Shown: positions 22,009 through 34,990, counted from the stretch's first letter. The stretch is 64,000 bases of DNA from Macrostomum lignano (GCA_002269645.1 NIVC01003129.1:1-64000); one strand, 5' to 3'. A program made the numbers and translations. Notes: a model not told the origin generated them from the letters alone.

Positions 22009-25000
22009 ATGGAAAACTATCGGCACCTGAAGAACCTGGACCAGGGCACCGCTGGCCGGGTGGCTCTGTACCTGAGGCGCCAGGCAAACTGTTCAACTCC
22101 TGAAAAGGTTCGTCCGTGTGTCCATGCAGCTCGCGTGTGTCTATGGAGTGATTTTTGAGACTGGCTGGCGGACAGACAACAAATTAAGGGCTGTCAGTGG
22201 CCTGTAGTGGTGACCTTCACAGCTGACCATCATTAATGAGACATCACTGCGGTCTCGAGTATGTTGAGGAATCCTGATACTGTAGTCTCAGGTGTGACAG
22301 TCCTTACAATCCTAGGTGTGACAGTCCTTACAATCCCAGGTGTGACAGTCCTTACAATCTCAGGTGTGACAGTCCTTACAATCCTAGGTGTGACAGTCCT
22401 TACAATCCCAGGTGTGACAGTCCTTACAATCTCAGGTGTGACAGTCCTTACAATCCTAGGTGTGACAGTCCTTACAATCTCAGGTGTGACAGTCCTTACA
22501 ATCCTAGGTGTGACAGTCCTTACAATCTCAGGTGTGACAGTCCTTACAATCTCAGGCGTGACAGTCCTTACAATCCTAGGTGTGACAGTCCTTACAATCC
22601 TAGGTGTGACAGTCCTTACAATCTCAGGTGTGACAGTCCTTACAATCTCAGGCGTGACAGTCCTTACAATCCTAGGTGTGACAGTCCTTACAATCTCAGG
22701 CGTGACAGTCCTTACAATCTCAGGTGTGACAGTCCTTACAATCTCAGGCGTGACAGTCCTTACAATCCTAGGTGTGACAGTCCTTACAATCCTAGGTGTG
22801 ACAGTCCTTACAATCTCAGGTGTGACAGTCCTTACAATCCTAGGTGTGACAGTCCTTACAATCCCATGTGTGACAGTCCTTACAATCTCAGGCGTGACAG
22901 TCCTTACAATCCAGGTGTGACAGTCCTTACAATCTCCGGTGTGACAGTCCTTACAATCCTAGGTGTGACAGTCCTTACAATCTCAGGTGTGACAGTCCTT
23001 ACAATCTCAGGTGTGACAGTCCTTACAATCTCAGGTGTGACAGTCCTTACAATCTCAGGTGTGACAGTCCTTACAATCTCAGGCGTGACAGTCCTTACAA
23101 TCTCAGGCGTGACAGTCCTTACAATCTCATGCGTGACAGTCCTTACAATCTCAGGTGTGACAGTCCTTACAATCTCAGGCGTGACAGTCCTTTCTCAGGT
23201 GTGACAATTTTACCTTCCGATGGTCTCAGGTGTGACAATTTTACCTTCCGATGGTCTCAGGTGTGACAATTTTACCTTCCGATGGTCTCAGGTGTGACAA
23301 TTTTACCTTCCGATGGTCTCAGGTGTGACAAGTTTTACCTTCCGATGGTCTCAGGTGTGACAAGTTTTACCTTCCGATGGTCTCAGGTGTGACAAGTCTA
23401 CCTGTAAACCCGTTCCTCCGCCGCGTCAGTCAGTAGTGACTTTCGCAAATTCAATCACTAAGAGCAATACATGGCGGTTCATATTCGGAGACGATAGTTC
23501 ACTAGCAAAGAAGTCCAACCTCCTTGTCCTCGCTGGACCTCGCCAGGTGGTGATCAAGCGAGTCGATCTGGGCGGCGCGGACCAGCTGCAGCGCGAGGCC
23601 TTCCTGAAGGAGGCCGAGATCCTGGCCGGCCTGCGGCACCCTAACATCGTCCGGCTGCTGGACAGCTTCTTGGACGAGTCCGCCGGCGGCAGGCAGCTCT
23701 GCCTGGTGATGGAGTACGCCTCAGGCGGCTCGCTCAGCAGCCTGCTTCATCAGCAGTCCGGCCTCGGCCTGTCCGAGTCTGCCGTGGCCAGATTCGCCTG
23801 CCAGCTGCTGCTGGCCCTGGAGGAGCTGCACAGCCGCCAGGTGCTGCACCGCGACCTCAAGCCGGACAACATCCTACTGGCCAGCACCGCCCGCGATGTC
23901 TGCAAGCTGGCAGACTTCGGGCTCGCTGCGCTGCGTCAGACCAGCCCTGCTAAAGGCGAGCCTGCGTCTGAGTTGTGGCGTTGGGGTTGGAATCGCCCTA
24001 TCCTATCCCCAAATCGCATGAGAATCGCCTCCAACCCTCCTGAAAATCGCCCCCAACCCTCCTGAGAACCGCCCCCAACCCTCCTGAGAATCGCCCCCAA
24101 CCCTCCTGAGAATCGCCCCCAACCCTCCTGAGAATCGCCCCCAACCCTCCTGAGAATCGCCCCCAACCCTCCTGAGAATCGCCCCCAACCCTCCTGAGAA
24201 TCGCCTCCAACCCTCCTGAGAACCGCCCCCAACCCCCACCGCCAATCCCGCAGACAGCCCTGCAGGCAGCTCCGCCAGCGGGCTGGTCGGCACTCCCGCC
24301 TACCTCAGCCCGGAGGTGTTCAGCTCGGACAAGCTGGCCACAGCTGGCCGGGAGCCCAGCGACATCTGGGCGCTCGGCTGCTGCCTGTACGAAATGTGCT
24401 GCCTGCGCAGGCCATTCGATGCGGACACCCTGCTGCTCCTGGTGGCCCAGATTGCCGCTGGCAGCTGGGCGCCCCTCGACCCGCGCAGGTGCGGCGCTGC
24501 TGGCTTGATGCGCTCTCGGGCTATGGGGTTCACAGATACCACAGCGCCATGTCGCACCTTACTAGTCACAATAGTTAGTGTCACACTAGTCAGAACTGGC
24601 ACAGTGTCACACTAGTCACAATAGTTAGTGCCACACTAGTCAGAACTGGCACAGTGTCACACTAGTCACAACTGGCACAGTGTCACACTAGTCAGAACTG
24701 GCACAGTGTCACACTAGTCAGAACTGGCACAGTGTCACACTAGTCAGAACTGGCACAGTGTCACACTAGTCACAATAGTTAGTGCCACACTAGTCAGAAC
24801 TGGCACAGTGTCACACTAGTCACAATAGTTAGTGCCACACTAGTCAGAACTGGCACAGTGTCACACTAGTCACAATAGTTAGTGCCACACTAGTCAGAAC
24901 TGGCACAGTGTCACACTAGTCAGAACTGGCACAGTGTCACACTAGTCAGAACTGGCACAGTGTCACACTAGTCAGAACTGGCACAGTGTCACACTAGTCA

Positions 25001-28000
25001 GAACTGGCACAGTGTCACACTAGTCAGAACTGGCACAGTGTCACACTAGTCAGAACTGGCACAGTGTCACACTAGTCACAACTGGCACAGTGTCACACTA
25101 GTCACAACTGGCACAGTGTCACACTAGTCACAACTGGCACAGTGTCACACTAGTCACAACTGGCACAGTGTCACACTAGTCACAACTGGCACAGTGTCAC
25201 ACTAGTCACAACTGGCACAGTGTCACACTAGTCACAACTGGCACAGTGTCACACTAATTAGAAATTCACGTGTAGTTCTGTTTTCAATTCTCTCAGATAT
25301 TCACCACTGATGTCGGACCTCATCGCCAAGATGCTGAAGGTGGACCCGCTCGAGCGGCCCTCGGCGGCGCAGCTGCTGTCGCACCCGCTCATCCTGAGCC
25401 ACCTGTTCCCGTTGCTCACCGACCTCGGCTGCGTTGGCTTGAAAAAGCAGCGCACCAAGAAGTCCAGCAGGGCCAAGCTGGCCACCACGGTGAAGCGACT
25501 GCGGTGCCGGGTGAGGCCTGGTCGGGCATTTAAGATTTGTGGCGCTTTGCGCTATTTTTGGTTATTCGTTTAATAAATTGTGTATAAAGACTAGCCTGAT
25601 TTTGCAAGGTAGCATGCGGCGTAGCAGACGCTAATAACGCTTAGGGCAAAACTCAAACCCATGAGGCCCAACCCCCAAGGCACAGGGAGTGTGCAGACCT
25701 TACGATTAGAAATTATGGGCCGCTGTGTGAGCGCGTGTACATGTGCGTACCTGCGTACAGTATTGGCGCGCTTGCATGTAGCCACACAGCTGCAATAAAA
25801 CAACACACAACAACACACAATACCACACCAACACAATACCACACCAACACCATAACACAACAACACAATACCACACCAACACAACACCACAACAACGCAC
25901 AATACCACAACACAATACCACACCAACACAATACCACAACAACGCACAATACCACAACAACACAATACCACACCAACACAATACCACAACAACGCACAAT
26001 ACCACAACAACACAATACCACAACAACACAATACCACAACAACACAATACCACAACAACGCACAATACCACAACACAATACCACACCAACACAATACCAC
26101 ACCAACACCATAACACAACAACACAATACCACACCAACACAACACCACAACAACGCACAATACCACAACACAATACCACACCAACACAATACCACAACAA
26201 CGCACAATACCACAACAACACAATACCACACCAACACAATACCACAACAACGCACAATACCACAACAACACAATACCACAACAACACAATACCACAACAA
26301 CACAATACCACAACAACGCACAATACCACAACACAATACCACAACAACGCACAATACCACAACACAATGCCACACCAACACAATACCACAACAACACAAT
26401 ACCACAACAACACAATACCACAACAACGCACAATACCACAACACAATACCACACCAACACAATACCACAACAACGCACAATACCACAACACAATGTCACA
26501 CCAACACAATACCACAACAACACAATACCACAACAACACAATACCAAACCAACACAATAACACACCAGCACAATACCACGAAGTAAGACCTCGCCGCCGA
26601 CTGAATCCGGGGTGCCAACGTCAGCCAGCAGGCAGTCGCCGAGTGCGCGCCTGTTGCCGCCAGTAGGGTGCCTGCAGCAGCACCTCCTGCACCTGCCTCT
26701 GCTGTGAGCAGTGCGTCTCGGCGCTAATGATGTGACCTCACACCTGGTTAATTTCAGTAGTAACCGATGCGCATATCTGCTTCCCCCCCCCCCCAGGAGA
26801 GCGGCAACAGGTCTTTGTACCTGTTCACCGCCGGGCCGGACCAAGACTCCCACCGGTTGTCGGAGATCGCCTACGATCTGCCGCACGAGGATCTGCGATG
26901 CGCGAAACTCTTCAGCGGCGACTGCCTGATCGGCCTGACCAAGCGCGACCGGCTGGTGCGCTGGGACCGGCCTGGCGGGGAGCTTGGCCAGCCTCCCTGC
27001 AGCTGGTTTATGTCGGACATTGTCGGCCTGGATAATTTCAGGGTTGTCCAGCTGGACTGCGGGGACCGCTTCGCTGCCTGCCTGACCGATGCAGGCGTTG
27101 TGCTCACCTTCGGCTGCGGCAGGGATGGCGCTCTGGGTGAGCAGCTCTGGGCTGACCCAGTGCGGGACTCTGGGCTGACCCAGTGCGGGACTCTGGGCTG
27201 ACCCAGTGCGGTACTCTGGGCTGACCCAGTGCGGGACTCTGGGCTGACCCAGTGCGGGACTCTGGGCTGACCCAGTGCGGGACTCTGGGCTGACCCAGTG
27301 CTGGACTCTGGGCTGACCCAGTGCGGGACTCTGGGCTGACCCAGTGCTGGACTCTGGGCTGACCCAGTGCGGGACTCTGGGCTGACCCAGTGCGGGACTC
27401 TGAGCTGACCCAGTGCGGGACTCCAGGTTCCTGGCGATCCTGAGATCCTGAAGATCCTAGTTTTTTCAGACAAGCAGATTTGAAACCCCAACCTCTCTCT
27501 CAGGCCACGGCGACGTCGCCGACCTCGAGCGACCCCGCGTTGTCGGCTCGCTCGCGCAGATCTCGGTGACTTCAGTCGCCTGCGGCCGCCGTTTCGCCGC
27601 CTGCGTCGCCTCCTCCGGTGAGGTGTTCGCCTGGGGCTGCCTGCCCGCAGCCGAGGCTGGCGCCGAAGTGTCGGCAACGTTCCCGACGCTGCTGCCGATG
27701 CCGTCTGGCCGGTGCCGAGCCCTGTCCGTCTTCGCCGGGCCTGAGGCGCTGCTGGTCGCGGCCGAGACCGAGGGCTTGCAGGCCGCTCTGCTGGGGACCG
27801 GCTGGAACCGGTTCGGCCGCCTGGGCCTACCGGAGTCCGCCAGGCCGCTGCTGCCGCAGCTGGAGCTCCTGCCGGTGCCGCTCGAGCAGCCGGAGGAGTC
27901 GGTGGCCGCGGCCTCCATCGCTGGCAATCGCTGCCTGCTGCTGCTGACCAGCGGCCGCCTCCTGGCTGCCGGCCGCGGCTGCGCTGCCGGCTTCGGTCCG

Positions 28001-28267
28001 CTGCGGCTGCCGAATTCCTCGCTGGCAGTCGGCGGCGTCTGCGCTGGCAGCGGCTGGGCGCTGGTGGCGACGAAGGCCGAGGCGGCAGACGATGATGGCG
28101 GTCGGTACGGCGAGCTGCTGACGCTGCTGCTGGAGGAGGCCGGTGGCGGCGACGGGGAGCTGCGGCCGCTGCTGGCCAACTGCCGGGTGCGCAGCCTCGC
28201 CGCTGATGCCGCCGGGGCTCGGGCGGCGATTCTGTGCCGCCGCTGCAGGGACGCCGGAGGCGACTGA
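22009..28267 (+). CDS. NEK8: NIMA-related kinase with RCC1 repeats; exons 22009-22107, 23547-23955, 24254-24488, 25297-25510, 26797-27136, 27504-28267
   Basis: VVIK, HRDLKPDNILL, KLADFG, LVGTPAYLSPE, SDIWALGC.LYEM and LFPLLTDLGCV, then RCC1 repeats (VLTFGCGRDGALG|HGD, VACGRRF...VFAWG). Phases are consistent if intron 2 is GC-AG. Confidence 0.88.
22288..23400. repeat. 24-bp then ~31-bp minisatellites in NEK8 intron 1
   Basis: CAGGTGTGACAGTCCTTACAATCT, switching near 23196 to CAGGTGTGACAATTTTACCTTCCGATGGTCT. Confidence 0.95.
24030..24235. repeat. 22-bp minisatellite in NEK8 intron 2
   Basis: CCCTCCTGAGAATCGCCCCCAA. Confidence 0.95.
24590..25257. repeat. 26-bp minisatellite in NEK8 intron 3
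   Basis: CTAGTCAGAACTGGCACAGTGTCACA. Confidence 0.95.
25800..26578. repeat. CA-rich ~13-bp compound repeat in NEK8 intron 4
   Basis: CAACACAATACCA variants. Confidence 0.95.
27145..27421. repeat. 23-bp minisatellite in NEK8 intron 5
   Basis: CTCTGGGCTGACCCAGTGCGGGA. Confidence 0.95.
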
Positions 28268-28303
28268 AGCTGCGGAAAGGCAGCAAAAAATCCTATACGT
28301 ACC

Positions 28304-28840
28304 CTCTCCCTCTCTCCCTCTTCTCTCCCTCTCCCTCCCCCTCTCCTCTCTCCCTCTCCTCTCCCTCTCCCTCCCCCTCTCCTCTCTCCCTCTCCTCTCT
28401 CCCTCTCCTCTCCCTCTCCCTCTCCTCTCTCCCTCTCTCTCTCCCTCTCCTCTCTCCCTCTCCTCTCTTCCTCTCCTCTCCCTCTCCTCTCTCCCTCTCC
28501 CTCTCTCCATCTCTCTCCCTCTCCTCTCCCTCTCCTTCTCCCTCTCCTCTCCCTCTCCCTCCCCCTCTCCTCTCTCCCTCTCTCTCCCTCTCTCTCTCCC
28601 TCTCCTCTCTCCCTCTCTCTCCCTCTCCTCTCCCTCTCTCTCCCTCCCTCTCCCCCTCTCCTCTCTCCCTCTCTCTCCCTCTCTCTCCCTCTCCTCTCTC
28701 CCTCTCTCTCCCTCTCCTCTCCCTCTCTCTCCCTCCTCTCTCCCTCTCCCTCTCTCCATCTCTCTCCCTCTCCTCTCTCCGTCTCCTCTCTCCCTTTCCT
28801 CGCTCCCTCTTCTCTCCATCTCTCTCCCTCTCTACCTCCT
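28304..28840. repeat. CT-rich polypyrimidine tract downstream of NEK8
   Basis: Direct inspection. Confidence 0.95.
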
Positions 28841-29517
28841 TTCTCCGCACCAGCTCCCATCTCGCCTCAAATAATCTGTATTTGGACTTTTTATACTCTA
28901 TGCGCTCCCAATAGGCATTTTCTGTATAAAGCAAACATTTTATAAACATATTGAAACTTGGTCCAGAATCTCTTTTGACTTTCCAACTGACTTGTGTAGC
29001 TGGTTGATTAGAGCAATTATCTTCGTTGCTTTTTGGCATCTTATTTAATTGAAGTTGCATATAAATGAGAGCTAGAGGGGTTTGATGGTGAACTCTGCAC
29101 AGATTTGCACTAACTTGCACCCGCCCTGCACCGCTGTGCTCGCTGGGCGAAATCTTTTGTTTTGAGATGCGGTATCCATGACACTCCAGAGGTGTGAAGG
29201 CTACTGCTGTGAGGGCGAGGAGGGTGGGGGCTGCCCCGTGAGACCCGGCGGCGAGGAGAGCGCCAGAGCTGCGCTGGACAGGCGCAACGCAGCTTTTATT
29301 GAGCAGAGTTTCTGAGAATTCTCTATCCAACCCTCCATGAGAAAGGAATGAAATTTAATTTTGAGCGAAGGCTGCCTGCCTTGGACAGCTAGACGCGAGA
29401 AGGCTTACTGGGGCCCTGAGGCCAGGGAGTTCTTAGTTTTTTGTTTTTTTAGTCTGTGTGTGACTACCTAGATAGATAGTCACACACAAACAAACCTTTT
29501 TTAGTATATGGATCTTT

Positions 29518-29800
29518 CGCATCTCCGACACCTCATATCTCCGACACTCCATATCTCCGACACCTCATATCTCCGACACTCCATATCTCCGACAGCTCAT
29601 ATCTCCGACATCTCATATCCCCAACACCTCATATCTCCGACACCTCATATTTCCGACACTTCATATTTCCGACACTTCATATCTCCGACACCTCATATTT
29701 CCGACACTTCATATCTCCGACACCTCGTATCTCCGACACTTCCTATCCCCGACACTCTCCGTTAGGCTTAGGCTTAGGGTTAAGTCGGAGATATGACAGC
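29518..29800. repeat. 16-bp minisatellite within a small TIR-type element carrying TTAGG(G) repeats
   Basis: ATCTCCGACACCTCAT units, ending GTTAGGCTTAGGCTTAGGGTTAAGTCGGAGATATG (inverted copy of the unit). Confidence 0.8.
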
Positions 29801-30076
29801 ACCCCTCCACTCCAGATGTCTGGATTGAGTTGTCCTTGCTCAGAGCGAAGGAGGCCGGCCAACCCCTCATCTTCTCAAAGTCTAAAAATGCAATAAATTT
29901 TTTTCTAAAACTTGTTTAAGCATCAAGCGGCCTCTTTTGCCCCCGCTATGCGAAGAGAAGGCAGAAAGACAAATTTCATGGCAGCTGCCAGCGGTGCATT
30001 GTTCTGCCGGGCTCAGAGCTCTACTTAAGCTGGGCACTCGCCAGTTAGCTTGTCCCCATTCGGCAGATGCTTCATC

Positions 30077-31429
30077 ATGATTCGCACTACGGCAGGCAGC
30101 AATCTCGGAGGCAAAGGCGCTGGGTAAGGAATTGATCGGACTCGATGTACTTTTAATTGCTACACGTACTGACCAAAGTTTCGGCAAAACTTCCGTTGAG
30201 TGGATTATTCTCCGAATTTTTTTCTATGGCAAACCGTTGAGTGGATTTGTCTCCGAATTTTTGTCTATGGCAAACCGTTGAGTGGATTTGTCTCCGAATT
30301 TTTGTCTATGGCAAACCGTTGAGTGGATTTGTCTCCGAATTTTTGTCTATGGCAAACCGTTGAGTGGATTTGTCTCCGAATTTTTGTCTATGGCAAACCG
30401 TTGAGTGGATTTGTCTCCGAATTTTTGTCTATGGCAAACCGTTGAGTGGATTTGTCTCCGAATTTTTGTCTATGGCAAACCGTTGAGTGGATTTGTCTCC
30501 GAATTTTTGTCTATGGCAAACCGCATTCAACGCTGTACAAAACATCAAATCTTGCTAAACTGTCTGGATGAAATATCTTTTACCCCGCACTGCACAGCTT
30601 CGATGCCGCCCCCCTGGCGCTGTGGACAACCCGGCAGCCCGGCGGAACCGGCCAGCAGCCGGCCCTCAACAGCAACTTCATCAGCAGCCGCAGCGGCCCG
30701 GCAGCGGCCAGCGGCCAGTTCCACCTGCCATTTCCAATGGCCGGTCGCCTACCGCACCGGCACAGACGCGGCGGCGGCCCGCCCGCTGGCAGGACGGTCG
30801 GAGAGCGGCAAGTCGAAGTGCTGACTCGGTTGCCCAGCCTGTACAGCAAGATCCACAGCAATGTGCTGCAGCAGCAGCAGCAACAGCAAAAGCAGCAACC
30901 CGAGCCGCTGCCTTTGCTTCACGGCAGCAAGCGGATGAAGAAGCAGATCCAGCAGCAGCAGCAACAGCAAAAGCAGAAAACTCCCACTGCACTGGACGCT
31001 GAGCCTGGCACTGCTGAGCCCGCATCCGAACCGTCAGACGCTCCGAGGTCCCGGTTTCGAATCTCAGTTGCTGACCAAGTGCCGCAGGAGCAGCGGTCCG
31101 TCGAGTCGCAGAAGCAGCAAAAGCAAAAGCAAAAGCAGCAGCAGCAGCAGCCCAGAAGCGTTCCCATGGCCTACTTCAGCCGCGGCTCCGCCAGCCTACA
31201 CTCGACCTGCTGCGACGACGTCGACACTCGCAGCTGCGACCGGCGCCACCCGGACCAGACGGTGGCCTACAGCCGGGCCGCGGTGTACATTCGCGACAAC
31301 GAGCTGATGCCTGCCGCCAAGGCCCGCCTTATCTGGCGCTGGATGGACGAGCTGGAGCACGCGACACCCTCGGCCAGCCGCCTATTCGTGTACGACCCCG
31401 GCAGCCGCTGGTTCAGCATGGCCGCCTAG
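30077..31429 (+). CDS. Hypothetical polyQ-containing protein; exons 30077-30123, 30598-31429
   Basis: Phase-2 GT-AG intron (GG|GTAAGG ... CACAG|C), GC-rich coding bias, two polyQ runs and an ordered-looking C-terminus. No family recognised. Confidence 0.65.
30190..30525. repeat. 41-bp minisatellite in the intron of the polyQ gene
   Basis: GGCAAACCGTTGAGTGGATTTGTCTCCGAATTTTTGTCTAT. Confidence 0.95.
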
Positions 31430-31502
31430 GGGCGCTTCGGCCCCCGTCAGGGCTGCTTTGCCTCCGTTTGTTAAACTGATTGCTCAGCTGGGGCTTCGGA
31501 AT

Positions 31503-31504
<2 letters not shown>

Positions 31505-31533
<29 letters not shown>

Positions 31534-31555
31534 GTCTGTCTGTCTGTCTGTCTGC

Positions 31556-31599
<44 letters not shown>

Positions 31600-31624
31600 G
31601 TCTGTCTGTCTGTCTGTCTGTCTG

Positions 31625-31675
<51 letters not shown>

Positions 31676-31736
31676 GTGTGTGACTCTGTCTGCCTGCCTG
31701 CCTGCCTGCCTGCCTGTCTGTCTGTCTGTCTGTCTA

Positions 31737-31797
<61 letters not shown>

Positions 31798-31806
31798 GTC
31801 TGTCTG

Positions 31807-31843
<37 letters not shown>

Positions 31844-31846
31844 TAG

Positions 31847-31893
<47 letters not shown>

Positions 31894-31906
31894 ATGTCTG
31901 TCTTAG

Positions 31907-31937
<31 letters not shown>

Positions 31938-31956
31938 GTGTGTGTGAGTCTGTCTA

Positions 31957-31991
<35 letters not shown>

Positions 31992-32080
31992 GTCTGTCTG
32001 TCTGTCTGTCTGTCTGTGTGTGTGTGTCTGTCTGCCTGCCTGTCTGCCTGCCTGTCTGTCTGTCTGTCTGCCTGCCTGCC
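31505..32080. repeat. (TCTG)n microsatellite
   Basis: Direct inspection. Confidence 0.97.
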
Positions 32081-32517
32081 TATACAGCCACTGGAGGCCA
32101 TTCAGTTAAGCCCCTCCCTTCTCAGTGCATTTCGCATCTGCAGCATTGAAAATGACTGCTAAATATACAATGTTGCTGTTCTGCTTGACCGTCTGTTAGA
32201 TTTTTGTTACCTGCTGAAAGGACCGCTTGCCAAGTAAAATAAATATTCGAGCTAGAATGTCCTCAGAGCGGACTGCAGCAGTTTTTGCTGGGCACAGAGT
32301 GACAGCGGGGTAAATTGATAGTAGTATAAAAGGCAAAGTGAATTTTCGCTTTGAATTTTTAATTCTCGATGCCCAATTAACATTCTGCATTCTGTATTTA
32401 CCGCCAGCGCAAGTAATGCATTTTATCTAGAAGCATTTGAAGATGTGTAGCGATCAGCTAATTTTATCCAGCAAGTCCAGGTCGGGCCAGGAGACACAGG
32501 CGACCCGGTGGCCTCAG

Positions 32518-33342
32518 TCAGCCTTGCTGGCCGGGTGCGTCTCGCCTTTTGTCACCGTCTTCGTTCAGGGTCCGGCGCAGAAATGCGAACAGCGGTGTGT
32601 AAACTCGCTTGACGGCTGCCCTGTCTGGGAGGGCATTGCGGGTATCATTGTTAGACACAGGTATCATTGTTGGACACAGTATCATTGTTGGACACGGGTA
32701 TCATTGTTGGACACAGGCATCATTGTTGGATACTGGCATCATTGTTGGACACAGGTATCATTGTTAGACACAGGCATCATTGTTGGACACAGGTATCATT
32801 GTTAGAAACGGGCATCATTACTGCTGTTATAGACACTGGCATCATTGTTAGACACTGGCATCATTACTGCTGTTAGACACTGGCATCATTGTTAGACACT
32901 GGCATCATTACTGCTGTTAGACACTGGCATCATTGTTAGACACTGGCATCATTACTGCTGTTAGACGCTGGCATCATTGTTAGACACTGGCATCATTACT
33001 GCTGTTAGACACTGGCATCATTACTGCTGTTAGACACTGGCATCATTACTGCTGTTAAACACTGGCATCATTGTTAGACACTGGCATCATTACTGCTGTT
33101 AAACACTGGCATCATTACTGCTGTTAGACACTGGCATCATTACTGCTGTTAAACACTGGCATCATTACTGCTGTTAAACACTATCATCCTGCAATACCTT
33201 CAGCAGCGGCGGGTGGCTCCATGGCGTCCTGCATGCCGCTGAGGGGGCGGTCCTCGTGCACCTCAGCGACAGTGTGTCGGTCGTCGCCAACCATGCTGCT
33301 GACCAGGAGCACCGCGGCAGTCAGTGCGAAACAGCTCGGCAT
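32518..33342 (-). CDS. Candidate neuropeptide precursor (83 aa); exons 33342-33198, 32624-32518
   Basis: MPSCFALTAAVLLVSSMVG (signal-like)-DDRHTVAEVHEDRPLSGMQDAMEPPAAAE|DRAAV-KR-VYTPLFAFL-RR-TLNEDGD-KR-RDAPGQQG*. The phase-1 GT-AG intron is consistent. Confidence 0.75.
32640..33185. repeat. 19/25-bp minisatellite in the precursor intron
   Basis: GACACTGGCATCATT(ACTGCT)GTTA. Confidence 0.93.
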
Positions 33343-33959
33343 CTTGGGACTGATCAGTGATGGGGCAGCCGGTGGGTTCGAATCGGTCTTGCGGTGAGTC
33401 TGCGCTGCTCACCTGCTCGGCTTGGCCTTAAATTCTTCATCTCAAAGAAAGGGATTAAACCGCGCTTCGCCGCAGTCTAAGTGGCTCAGACTGAGGAACC
33501 GAAATTCCCGAAGGAGCTGCCGCTGTCCGGGGGTGTCCGCGCTGCCCGGCCATCCTTGCCTCGGGTTTCCATGAAATGTTTTTGACGAGATTTTTTTTCA
33601 ACTTGTAAATAACATTTTCTAAAAACATCAATTTGAAGGATTTTAGCGGCTTCTAACGGGGAGGCCGGCTGATGGATCCTGTTTCACTGCCGCGCCGAAA
33701 TCTTAAGCCCCATGCTTTGTTCGAGCAGTTTCAGAGTGTTGCCAGGCCGTTTGGGTAATTTCTTTGCCCAGGTGGCGAAGTAAAAACATTTGCTGCTCAA
33801 GAAAGACGGACAGACAGTAACTTCGTTTTCTGGGAGCTAATTCTTTCTCGCGCAGAGATCCGAACCCATCATGTTTTGGTAGCGCCAGGGAATCGAACTC
33901 ACGTTACCGCTGCATCCTAATTAATAATAATTAATACTATATATATAGCATATAGTAGA

Positions 33960-34990
33960 GGCTAGCAGGGAAAGCCGTGGAATTTCCATGGAGCCTACTG
34001 AGAGTGCATAGATTGTGTTTACAGGTGGTGGGACTGCCGTAGGTGAATCCGCCGGAATTCCATATGGGTCGCAATGAACTTGACTTACTTGACTCTACGC
34101 GAGCAGGTGGTTGTGCACTCAAAGGCATGGGTCGCTGCTTAACTCTCTGAGTAAAGGGTAATCTCCACAGAATGTTCTGGGGGTAATTTCCTTCACCCAG
34201 GCGCACTGATTGTACAGCTCCATGGCGCAGAAGCTGATGGCCGTGCGGCCGGAGGTTCCGCTTTCTAAATGCTTCTGGATGGGGACACCGCGTCGAGCAG
34301 ACGGCGGGTAGTCTTCGTTGCCTCTCCTCTGACAAAGAGGTCAAGGGGGGGGGAATGTTTAGGAAGGAGTTCATGCCAGCAAAGGGCGTAGAGGGAGTCG
34401 CGCTCATGATAGCTTGAAAAGCGCGGCCTTGCACCCTGTTAAGAGCTTCAAGGACCCCTTTCACCTCTAGGGCATTGTTCCAAATGAAGCCGGCGAAGGA
34501 GATGGCCGGTCTCACGATGGCAGTGTAAATCCACCAGAGGCGGGGGTGGAGGCCCCACGTAGTGCCGAAAGTTCTGCGGATCTGCGAGAGCTTTGCAGGC
34601 TTTGGTTTGAACCTGTGGTCGAGGGTGACGCCCAGAAATCTGGTTTGTCTCTCCATGGCAACGGGTTTGCCATAGAGGGAGAGCGGTTCAATCCTCCAGT
34701 TACGGCGGCTGGTGAACATGATGGCCATGGTTTTAGACTCAGAGAACCTGAGACCGCAGCTATGTGCCCAGCGCTCGGCACGGTGGATGAAGGCTTGAAG
34801 GAGGTCTCTTAGGACCGCGGGTGTTGGTCCGGCCACAGTGGCGGTAACATCGTCGGCATAGCCGATTTTCTGAACCAGATCCGAGTAACGTCTGCACTCG
34901 TCCATGACCAAGTTCCAGAGAATCGGGCTGAGGACTTCACCTTTCTGGACCTCCACAGAGCGGGAGTGCCAGCAGGCAGTTGACGAAACT
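33960..34990 (-). mobile_element. Degenerate, internally deleted non-LTR retrotransposon (same family as 45656-49131)
   Basis: QKGEVLSPILWNLVMDE..KIGYADDVTA..LRDLLQAFIHRAERWA...TWGLHPRLWWIYTAIVRP aligns with the intact copy. Confidence 0.9.

Noticed and set aside
33878-33906. Short tRNA-3'-like string (minus GTTCGATTCCCTGGCGCTACCA)
   Set aside because: Too short; no anticodon arm and no LTR context.
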